DNA of 64,000 nucleotides. Source: Mytilus californianus. Lineage: Eukaryota. Below the pieces are notes generated by a model, which ran no database searches, was not told where the DNA came from, and saw nothing but the letters and a program-made list of their open reading frames with translations. Positions 45,844-57,900 of the stretch are shown in pieces. The position numbers were made by a program, and so were the translations under genes. Where the stretch lies: assembly GCF_021869535.1 (NCBI RefSeq), contig NW_026262674.1:4154001-4218000 (forward strand), read 5' to 3'. Each line of letters opens with the position of its first letter. The stretch's first letter is position 1.

Positions 45844-47563
45844 TTATAAAGCAGTCTGTACCATTAGCCACTAGTAAGATGCCGCTAAACTAGAAAAATT
45901 TTATTTGGACTAGTAAGTATTTGCAAAACTTTGTTTAGACACCTAAAAAAAAAATATAACATCAGGCTAGTAGTTGGAAAAGATCTTAGTGCAGACTGAC
46001 AAAGAACATGTAACAAATTTCTTATTTTTAAAATCTGAAAAAGGGTGGTGGTTTTTATATTTTTGCTACTGTGTGTCAGTTAGAAAGTGTATTTAAAAAC
46101 CTAGAATGAACCGTTCGGTATAGCTATGACTTATATCAGAAAAAATGAATTGATACTAAATGTGAAAAATGAAGAATTATACCAAGTCATGCTCGAAACT
46201 GAGAGAATGTTCTTCATGAGTTTGAACAACATACAAGTCTGTAATCAGTCCTGGGTACAATTTATGTAGAAGCACTCCAGGACAGGCCTTATTTATTTGA
46301 TTGTGAATGACTGATATTGTTAGATAATGTAGAATGAAGTCACATGTAGAAACCTGTTAATCTATTATATATCTATATCACATATTTTTAAAAAATCTGT
46401 ACAATTTGTGCGAGTGTATTTTATTTAAATGAAGAGTGCGAATGTTTGGGTGTGATTGTGTAATTATTATTGTGAGACTTAAACTTATGATAGTTTTGCT
46501 TTTTGTTGATGTTGTTCTCAAATTTCCACTTATTTGAGATAATGTCTGTACTTAATAAAAGTACCAGTAATGAATGTCTTTGTATCAGATTGATATTCTT
46601 AAGTTTAGATTAGTTCCATTAAGGAAGGATATCAGTATACCATTTGACGTCTTAATACAGCTTTCATTACACATGAAAAGGCATTCAACATAATTTCTAT
46701 TCAAAGTTTTCCCAAGTTCAAAACCGTCTGTTCAACTGTTAAAAAAATGTTTCAATAGAGTACTTGTTATTTTAAAACTTCTATTTCTTTTTATTTCAGA
46801 GTGAAATTCAAGCATGTTTATTGTAATAAACCATTATTATAAGCAAAATTTACCCCAAATTGTTTTGCAATGTGTTTCAGTCTACTGTGACTGTATACAC
46901 AAGAAAATCTTTTTTTAAGTCATGAAAATTCTGTACAACAAAAGATCAAATTTTTTGGTTGCTAGATATTTTAAGCTATTGCCACTGATATGAATATGTA
47001 GAAAGAAATATCAATCATGAACCAGTGTTTGAAGTGTATATTAGCATTAATAATGTGGCTGTGATGTATTTTGACTAGGTAATATATGTTAAATGATGGC
47101 TAGTGAAGACTGCTATAAAATTGAGTAACCATAGGAAAGAAAATCACTAAAATATGATTACAATGATCAAAACTTCACTTGAAATATCTATCAAGAAAGT
47201 TTTTTTATCCAATTAAAATTTCAAATGTTTCTATAAACACAATGGGTCCAATTATTTTCAACTTTTATCTAGTTTATAAAGTTCAATTACAAGATAAATC
47301 TTATTTTTAACATTTAAATAGCTTGATCCAATGATTAAATGTTTTGAATAAGTGACTGCACCCTCTATTTCTACCCTAACATTTTAAAATGTACCTTTAT
47401 TGCTAGCATGTTGGTATACTTTTGTTACTGCTTAATTAACACAATATTATAACTGTGTATACTTGTTCATATTTGATGAGGAATCTCTTGTAAAATCATA
47501 TATGAGATACAAAAAAAATTAATGGGATCAGTGTGACCTTTACCGGGAATAGTTTGTTTAGAT

Positions 47564-47996
47564 TACTGTGGATTCATTATTATTCGTTGGATACAAATTT
47601 TCATGGTTTTCGTGGGTACAGGTGAACCACAAATTTAAATGTTCAACGAATTACAAATTTTCTATCAGGTTGTATGCAGACTTTGGAAAAACCATGAAAT
47701 CACATATCCACGAAAAGCCAAATTTTCCACAATCCATGAAAAACTGGTACCCACGGAAATAAATGAATCTACAGTACGTTTTTAAATACTGTAAATTCAG
47801 AAATTATTGCGTGCCTTTATTATTGCGATTTTGTCATTTTTGACTTAAATGCGATTTTAATTTTTGCGATATTGAGAAAAATCCTGTTTAATTCATATAA
47901 AAGATTTCAAAATGCGAGTTTAAATTATTGCGATTATAACCCTGTCGCATTTTTAGGTATAATAAAAACATCGCAATAATTTCTGAATTTACAGTA
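47564..47996. mobile_element. Adjacent MITEs: family B (47564-47776) and family C (47787-47996)
   Basis: Both have intact TA-flanked TIRs and are 10 bp apart. Confidence 0.85.
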
Positions 47997-49363
47997 ATCA
48001 TTTCATTTCCTAAATAAAAAACCTAAATTCCTGAATCAAATTACTAGTGGCTGTCTGTGATTTAACTTTGAATTTTGTCACCGGTCCATAGTGGCAAAGG
48101 ACTCGTATTGAACATAATATATCTTGGGGGGGGGAAAAAGGGTCAAGATTTTGCGTTTTAACATTTTTAAGTGTACTGTCCACTGTGGTCAGTTTGAAAT
48201 GATCCACTTAAGTTGTAGTATTGATGATTCATGAGATACAGGGGTATTTTCTCAATCTGACTTGAAACTTTGCGAAACATTGATAAATAGTTTTGTTGGA
48301 AAGGTTTCAAGACAAAATATATGTAATAAAAATGATATAATCAATTATATAAGATTATACTATTTAACAGTCCTTTGAGGACCAGGACTGTAAGAGCTGA
48401 GGAAACAACTCGTAACTTACTGTGATTATTATGTAAATATGTTTATTTTTTCATCACAAATGCTTGTTTATTGTATGTCTGTACGAGTGTATGTGAGTGT
48501 TGAGGGTACATTTTATAAACAAAACTGATAGAATAAAAATGTTAACATTTATCTCTTTGTTTCTACTGGCCATACACCTGTTTTCAGCCTTTGGATTAAA
48601 AAATCTTAATATTTTGTTTACCAATGACCATATTTCTGTCCCCCAACCCTTCGGATGTAAAGTAAAGGGAGATGTGCTGTGTTTATCTCCCTTTACTCTG
48701 ATATTTATAGTATATATCAATGAGACAGCAACCCAACAACAAAACATCCTTAAAGACGTTCAGCAAATTGTGATCTGCCACCTTTGATATTTTTGGCGGT
48801 CAAATATCTTTATATACCTGTTGAATATAAAAATAAAGAGATGTAGTACGATTGCACCCAAGTACAAATGACAAGGATGTTAGCGACTTCATGACAAGCT
48901 TATTCCAGAATTATGTAATGTGTGCACAGTTAACACATGATTTTTATGATTTTTCCTTGCTTATCCTGCATAAGGCTGGAGGTGCCCTATAATTATTTAC
49001 ATCCTCATCCTTTGTATTACAGTATATACTGTGTATTCATTTATTTTTTAGGGTACCAATCTTCCATGATTGAAGAAAAATGATATATTGCGGATATGTA
49101 ATTTCCTGGTTTTGGACAAATTTTATTTTGTTGAACACCTGAACACCTCTACCAACGAAAATTAATGAATCCACAGTAATTCTTTTGTTTATAATGAAAG
49201 ACACTAAACATATAACACAAACATAAACAATTTGAAATTTCATATTTATTAATAAATAAAATTTCAACATATAGTAAGTATCCTGGTTCATCAATAACAA
49301 GCTTAGCAAAAACAACAAAACTTAACAATAACAGTAAAATCTATAATAGCTGAAACTAGCTTA

Positions 49364-49552
49364 GGGCTATTCCGTTAAAATGTATGTGGGAGGGTAGGAA
49401 GGGACTTTCAAAATATCCCTACCACCAAGAACCATTTTTTAGATTATTTTGCATAATGGTAATGGACACATACTGAAAAAAGACCCATGACCCACATTCA
49501 ATAATTAAACTTCCCTTCCTACCCTCCCCCATACATTTTAATGGAATAGCCC
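49364..49552. mobile_element. Inverted copy of the 189-bp Tourist-like MITE
   Basis: TTA|GGGCTATTCC ... GGAATAGCCC|TTA; interior is the reverse complement of 45655-45843. Confidence 0.87.
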
Positions 49553-50642
49553 TTAAATGTGAATCAACCTTCACAAAGATAGATAACTCTATCATTTTAT
49601 TAACTGAATTTATTTGTTTTCCTTCTACAAACAGTGAAAAACTTTGATATTCTCAATAACATAAGTTGGGGATGATTCAAATATTTTCTAAATCAATTCA
49701 TAATCTTAAATAGATCATTTCTCTCGACTGACACAACATTCATTCACTTAAACAGGAAATACACCTAGACATCCTACTTTCTGATAAGACCAAGTAACGA
49801 AATTGTAAATAATTTCCTGCTATAGTTCCTTCTTTGTGAAATAATATACTAAAACTTAATTATAATATCATTTATGTGTTTAAATAGTTTTTTTACAGGT
49901 GAACATGAGACTCAATAACTACTGCTTTCAAATATTTGTGACCTTTTTTCAAACTTCCTCTTTAAATGCATAAATAAAATAGATAGTGGAGGTCAAAGAT
50001 GCTTCTCATTAAAATGCATACAGATGCATTTTTGGTTTTTAACACACAATACAATTAAAGGGTATTGTGACTGAAATATTACAGAAACTTATGAAAAATG
50101 TAAGTGTTAAATGTCTGTATGAAAGAAAAAAATATTTCTCTCACAATCATCACCTATGCAAATGAGAAAAAAAAATTTGTGAAAAGTTAATTTATCAACC
50201 CTCTCCCTCTAAAACCCTAGAACATGATCCCAGATGAAAATGAACACATATTTATATCAGTATGTGGGTATTCAAATACTAAATATATTTGAAATAATAA
50301 AATACAGTATCCTTGGATTTAGACAAACTATGTTGATGCAAAATTTATAAAAGTTACTTTAGGTAACCCAATAGACTGTTGGTTTATTGTATATAAAAAT
50401 GAGCCAAAGTCTCAAATGGCAAGGTTGAAATATTTGTGACTAATCAATGTAGAATGTTAACAATGATGTGGCAATTACATGGTGGGGAAGAAGAATTTCT
50501 TTATTATAAGATGAAGAATGAAAAACATAAATTTACTGTAAAATAACTAAGTTCCAAAGTCTGGAAAAAGTGAGAACAAAAATCCTCAATAATAGCATGT
50601 GCACAACTTACATATGTGCAATCTTCTGTGAAGTTTCACCTA

Positions 50643-50908
50643 CCGAATTAGACTATTTACTGGATTTGTAATAACATAAGCAACACGACGAGTGCCACAT
50701 GTGGAGCAGGATCTGCTTGCCCTTCCGGATCACCAGAGATCGACCCCAGTTTTTGGTGGTGTTCGTGTTGCTCATTCTTTAGTTTTCTATGTTGTGTTTT
50801 GTGTACTATTATTTGTCTGTTTGTCTTTTAATTTTTTAGCCATGGCGTTGTCAGTTTATTTTCGATCTATGAGTTTGACTGTCCCTCTGGTATCTTTCGC
50901 CCCTCTTT
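50643..50908 (+). mobile_element. Non-LTR retroelement 3'-tail-like repeat
   Basis: ..ccccagtttttggtgg.gttcgtgttgct..gccatggcgttgtcagtttattttcga..ctggtatctttcg.ccctcttt; other copies at 55262-55335, 57790-57975 and 59805-59997, inverted fragment at 20510-20650. Confidence 0.65.
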
Positions 50909-51814
50909 CAGAGATCTGAGTTGAAAACTGTAGAAGTAGTTAATTACACAAAATAAGGTACCGACTTTTCCCAACTGCCAGCCTATCGGCCTGAGGACAT
51001 CACCATACTATAAGCTGGTTTTGGACTTAGTCCAACCTGGCCAAAAAGTCTTGAGCAAACCTATTCTATCTAAATTTGATAAATCCTTGTAACGGAATTT
51101 GTTGGAATTGATCACAACAATTATCAGTACTCAAAAATAATAAGATACATATAAGAGACTTAATCACTTAAGTAATGATGAAAGAATAAATGTCCACCTA
51201 AAGTCTTAAAACTTTTAGAATGAAAAATGAAAAATTACATGTGTTTGGAAGTCAAACCTGACTTCTGAAGATATGACATTTTTCAGCTTGTGACCATTGA
51301 ATACAATCGTGTAAATCTTTGGCAAAACACCTTAAACACACATACTTTTTTGGTGTTTAAATGAAAAGAAGTGCCACATTGCTTAACACTGCACATATAA
51401 CACACTTCACACACTATACACATCACAATAATAATCATTTTATCAAATATTTGTTATGAAAACAATGGGTTTTTCATATGCAATAACTGCAGATTTGCCA
51501 AAGTCATATTCCTGCCCAGGGCAAATAACCAGTTATTGTGCCTTATTATGATGTCATAAGCTTTCAGAACAACAATGACAATAGGGAACGTCGATTATAA
51601 TGACAGCGGAATTTGTTCAAGAAATAAAGAACAATAATACTTAAAGAAAATTTGACATTGACATTATAATATCCTAGGACTAAAAATTTGACCGGTTGGG
51701 GAGCTTCGTAATAAATGAAGTTATTTCAATGTAGAACAAAAAGTGTATGATCTTGCCAGACGGAATAATAAAATTCTTTCTACTTTTTTAAGCATTTGTA
51801 TAATATGTGATAAA

Positions 51815-51953
51815 TAGATTATAACATGTCCTTATCATATATGCCCTGGTATCATCCCTCGAACCATATGAGCCCTCGGCTAGTGCCTTGGGGTAATATG
51901 GGAGTCTCAGGATGATACCAGGGCTGATATGGAAAAGGACATGTTATAATCTA
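51815..51953. repeat. Long inverted repeat (~45-bp arms), the terminus of a hairpin-type element, 23 bp after the RNF180 stop
   Basis: tagattataacatgtcctt..gccctggtatcatcc / ggatgataccagggc..aaggacatgttataatcta. Confidence 0.85.
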
Positions 51954-51976
51954 TAAATATCACACACGATGCCATA

Positions 51977-54900
51977 TCAAAACCATGTCCATAGATCTTG
52001 CACCAATCCTATTGCAGAATTAACAACAGCTTTTCCCAAAGACACAACTGGTACAATCATGATAAGAAGAACAAAACCTGCTAAATATATTTTTGCTCGC
52101 TGTGGTTGAAGATTATTTCTTTGTCCTAGAATCCTGTTTCTGATATCCTCTTGAGTCTGACCTAACGCTGTTCTCCTGTGAGGTAATGGACTAAACTTAT
52201 CATTCAGATACTTTCTCTGTTCTCTAAGTCTGGATCTGTATTCATCTGGGTACAAATCCTTCAAAGTTTTAACCAGGTCTGTAATATAACAACATGGTAT
52301 ATCAGTCAATGGAGAAAATATTGTTAGTATAACCAACAAGTTTATATCCCAAGTTAAAGAGTTAGAAATATCCACTAAAACATGCCATAGTATAAAAAAA
52401 ATGCATGAAGGTAATAACTAAGGCCTGTTTTTAATAGTGGATATAGGGTAATTTTTCATACTACAGTCGACTCTCGTTATCTCGAAGTCAGCCGGACCAC
52501 AGAAATATTTCGAGATACACGTAGTTCGACTCAAACGAAAACCGGAAGTTTGACAGAACAAGGGACACAACTCTTGCTTAGCTTGGTAAAGCTAAAATAA
52601 ATCCGGGATAATATGGGAAGGGGATCGATATTCTGGTATCAGATCGATGTATTTGTATGTCATGGTCTTTCATTATTATAATAACATTATTTTTACTTAT
52701 TCAATTGTTTCAGTTACAATTTTTTCCTCTGGCTTTTATCCGAGAGAGTAATTTCCAATCGATAGTTTCGTTATTCAGGTCGTTTATAGTTGACAAAATT
52801 GTTTATTCTCGGATACAAGAGATTTTAGAAAATTTAGATTTCTCTTCATTTTGTTTTATCTCACTCTTTCTTTTCAAAAGAAAATACAACAAGATTAAAG
52901 ACGTCTATTGAGTAGTTTTTAGGTGATCATCAACAGAAGTCAAAATCCTTACTTTATAATCACCCAAGCTCATTAGTGTAAATCACAATTAATTGTTTTG
53001 TAAACATTGTAAATACTTTTTCATAAACATTAACAATGTATCACTAATTATTTATAAAAATTCTATAAAAGATAATCTTAGGTAAACACTCGTGGAAATA
53101 GCATGTCATAAATCAATACAGTGGTCAGTGACTGGAAATTTAATTACACGTGTATTGTCAGATTAACTCTTCAATCCATTTAAATGCCGGAGGTCATGTT
53201 TTGACATATGTGTATTAGTTCGAGATAAATAATGAATTTTGAATGCTTTTGTTAACCTTGGGATCGTAAATTTAGTTCGACTCAACCGAAATTTCGACTC
53301 ATCCAATTTCGACTCATCAGGAGTCGAATTACATACATTTATATGGAACAAAGTTCGGGACCACGTGAAAACTTCGACTCATCCGAAATTTCGAGTCAAC
53401 CGAGTTCGAGACAACGAGAGTTAACTGTATTTTTCTCTCGTTGGTCAAGGCTCATCCATGTGGGTTAAACTGTGTGAAGCAATAAACTGGTAATTTCAAA
53501 TTTCGATTAGTAGCTATTTCAGTATGATGTCACTTTATTGTAGCTTCTTTATCATTTTAAAAATATTATATTGACTTAGAAATAACTAGACATCATTGAG
53601 ATGGGAGCCACCTCTGTGGGCCCCGCTGACCTTGAACTTTGACCTAGGAAGTTGTACAAACATTATGACACACCCTCTGGTGTTGGTTAATATACATGTC
53701 AAGTATAAAATCTGAAATTATAACGGTTTTCTAGATATAGAACGGACACAATTTGTTACTGACGGAGGGATGGACAGACTGATCACTATAGGGGGGGCCC
53801 TAATTAATATCACTAGTTTATTGCCTAAACATCCCAATTAAATTGTTATCCTGTTTATAGGTTTAATTTCTTCTTGTCATGAATTTTCATGAAATATTTG
53901 ACACTTGCCATAGAGCAATCAACAATCAAACAATCATATAATGATTATTTCCCCTTTGTCTTCCCTGTCTGATAAAATGTAAACCAACAAGTTTTCACAG
54001 ATAATACTCACGATTTTAGCCAACTTTATGTCAATTTTTGTTTGACATTAACCTTGTTATGTATAAATATAAGTCAGATGTAATTTTGATGAAATCTGGA
54101 AAGATTTACTTTCAGGTTATTTTCACACAAATACTGTTAACCAACTAATTTTGGGGGAGATTAAATTCTGAGACTTTTGCAAATATAAATCTTCATGAGA
54201 ATAAAAAACTTTGGTCTATCCTTATATAAATACATAAAAAAAAAAATAATAATTTGACTCAAAGTAACCTATACTAAAAGCAAAATAAAGTATCTACAAA
54301 AATAAGTAGGTTTAAAGTATATGGTTTGTACAAATAAGTTGGCAATTTAGAAATGATCCCAATATTGTAATAACAAACCTGTTTTCTTGATACACTGTAC
54401 AATCAGCTGTCTACACATTGGACATGGAGTGTTGTAAACATTTTTGTGACCAACACGTCTCAGACATGCCTCACACAGCACGTGTTCACACGGAGAGCAG
54501 GCGTGTGGTTCACAGAACAAGTCAAAACAAACAGGACATAAATGTTCTTCTGGAAAGTCAATCAACCAGGTTTCATACTACAACACAATATAAAGACATC
54601 GTTAGTGTCGCTCACCTGAATCTATGTGCATCTTCAACAATGGCCACTCTCCAACATTATAGACTAGAATATAATTCATGACTAAAATTCTCCACTTTGC
54701 TGAGTATTTTTGTTGTTTACAGTTTCTGTCTACTATAGTTCTTGCCAAAAATGTTAAATTGTGTAAAAATATAAGGCCAATAACTCCTATAAGGATTGGA
54801 CTGACAATTTCAGCTAGTATGCGACTTATTTGAAGATCAATTCTTGCTGATCATTTTTGCTGTTTGAAGTTTCCCTTTGGATACTTTAATTTTTGCCCAA

Positions 54901-57900
54901 AACACCAAAAAAGGATAAAAATCATACTTATTACAGCAATAACATCTATAAGAAGTTGACTGATGATTTCCGCCATGTTGACTTAAAATGGATAATTGTG
55001 GCCACATTAGGCTTTATTTTGCCCAGTAGATTCAGAGGAGAAGACATTTTTTGTAAAAGTAACAGATGACAGATGGCGGATGCCAAGTGATAGCTATAGC
55101 TCACACTTTGGGCAAGGTGAGCTTATAATTAGATTTGGTATGATTGCCAATGAGGCAACTATACACCAAATGATGTGAATGTAAGCAAATATTATGTATA
55201 CATTACATAGGAGTTTGATTTATATTAGTTTCATGACAAACTGGTTGTGATATCTTATTGTGGGTCTTTTGGTCCTTTTCTTTTTAGCCATGGCGGTGTC
55301 GGTTTAATTTTGCCTTATGAGTTTGAATGTCCCTTTGGTATCTTTCGCCTCTCTCTTCAGTTATGACTGACACTTATTTTCTCTTTATGGTCATTAAATA
55401 GCAATAGTACTCATTTTATGGTAAAATTACTCAGGGGTTCAAATTAACGGTGGTCCGGTGGTCCGGGGTCCTTGACCTTCCATTTTCAGGTTTGGACCTT
55501 CTTGTCGGTAGTTAGCTACACCTAACAGACTTTCCTATTTTGCCAGTCTGGGATCCTGACACAATATTCTCAATACCGTAAGCAAAAGCAAAGGCGAGCT
55601 GTTATCTGACACAAAGTTATGCCAGTGTGTTTTTGAGCAGCAATTGAAACCAGAACAATTTAAACACATTTAATTAAACAAAGAACAGAACTAGCTTAAT
55701 TGCACCTAATTTGCCAAACCATTGCATGCATGGTTCCTTTTGGCTTTAAGATACTACTATAAAAACAGTAAGACATGATGAGTTCTTTGAAAGGTTACAA
55801 GCATTTTTTTGTTTTCATCAATTGAAATTTTGTACGATTAAAATTGGACCTTCTAAGAACAAACGAGGACCTTTCAGTATTTTAGGTCAAATGTCCTTGA
55901 CCTTCCATTGCCTAAAGTAAATTTGAGCCCCTGTAACTATACAAATTTAATGTAGACAGAGAAATATTTATGTATGAAACCTTTTTTTAACATTTGTTCA
56001 CAGCCTGTAATTAGTGGTTGTTGTTGGTTGCTGGCTGCTTTATTAGTTTTTCATTTGTTGTTTTAATAATAAATCAGGTCGTTGGTTTTCTCCTATGAAC
56101 TGTTTCATATCTTGTGACTTTGAAGCCTGTTATAGCTTATGGCGTATCAAATAATAAGACTTGTATCTTTGATGAGTTTTTACCTATATATGTTAAGGAT
56201 GTTCGCTACTCGGTTTCAAAATAACAAGCTTTTTAAAATACTGTTATAAATAGATAGTATATTAATAAAGGAACTAAAAAAGCAGAAAAAAATGAGGGGT
56301 CCGTGTGCTTGTTTTTGAGATATAAGCAATTGAAAATTTGGCGGGAAATAATTCTCTCTAGACTTTTCATACATTTAACATTGGCACCCTTTATCTTTTA
56401 AAAACTATGAAAAAATAACAAGAATTTTATAGGATTTTCAAATATGGCTTTTTAAACTATATGCAATAAAAGAATTAAAAGAAAAATAGGGGTTAGCGGG
56501 GAAACTTTTTTATTGACTCTACATGGTTAAAACCAGAGGATTCCGAATATCTGGCAAAAATTAATAAACAAGAGGAGCGAGCATCCTTAAATTTTTTATT
56601 CGGTTTTGATGATTCTTGAATGATGTACATTGCCCTACAGTTGTTAACATCCATGTCCTTTTGTCTCTAGTGGAAGCTTGTTTTATTGACAGTCATACCA
56701 AATGTCCTTTTTTTAACCATAACACTTGACAATATTGATCTCATAACACAAAAGAGGACAAACAACAACAAGAGTGCTGAAATGTGTCGCCTGCTTTACT
56801 ATTCATGATTTATTTTAGGTTGATAGTCCTAAAGATAAAGTTTTACAACAAGTACCACATAAACTTAACATTATCAATGGTCCATGAAAATAAGGTGAAG
56901 GTCAGATAAATAAATTCAGACAAACATGTACACCTTACAATCATTACATACACCAAATAAAGTTGACATGTTGCTTAAAGTATACAAGAAACAGATCAAA
57001 CCATGAAAATTTAATATTGACCAATGAACCAAGAAAATGAGATCAAGAACAACAGACATATGACAGACGGAAACTTCGTCACATAAGGCATATATGTACA
57101 AAGTATGAAGCATGCAGGTCTTCTAACCCCTGAAATATAAAGCTTTATATAAATAGTTTTTGCGGCCACCAATGCTGCCGCAGGATTATAATCCCTGGTC
57201 TCACATTCGCAGTTGAGAAATTAAAATAACTTACCACATTTTCATTTTTTGGCTGTTCTTTTTTCTCTTATCTTTTCCCTAAATAGAATAAAAAACATAA
57301 AGATTTTTATATATTTGTCTTACTGGTATGGCCTTAAAAAAATACATATTGTTTTTATAAAACACAGAACTGAATGTATACAACAATTTTGTTTTTTTGT
57401 ATGATTCTCTTACCAATTTTTACATATATTACAGGTGTAATATTTGTGATTTATCAAACCATATGAGTCCCAAAACCTTATGATATTAAGAACATTTGTT
57501 ATCTTTTGATTTATGTTAGTAAATGCCATGTGGGTGTATCACAAAATTCTGTGAAAAGTAGGTCATCATTATCCTACAAATCGTTATTTTTTTTATTTTT
57601 TTTTTTTGCATTTCAGCACTATAAACCCAATATTAGTTATAATGTACTTCTTCTGATCCGATCATGGGTGTCTTTAATGATTAAATAAAACATAGAATCA
57701 AGGTAAATAAGAATACATTGATATGTACTCTAGTCACAATTTGAAAAATTGTAATTAGAGTTAATATTGCCACTGTTATCTGTTACCCTTCCAGAGCACC
57801 TGAGACCACCCCCAGTTTTTGGTGGGGTTCGTGTTGCTTAGACTTTAGTTTTCTATGTTGTGTCATCTGTACTATTATTTGTCTGTTTGTCTTTTTATTT

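Noticed and set aside
51815-51979. TGA plus hairpin as selenocysteine read-through (SECIS)
   Set aside because: No AUGA/GA quartet or apical AA motif; the hairpin looks like a repeat terminus and the protein ends normally after its TM segment.
54550-54579. Acceptor ttgtgttgtag|TATGAAACC at 54577 for the RING exon
   Set aside because: It needs a phase-0 upstream donor, but both candidate upstream exons end in phase 1; 54549 fits.
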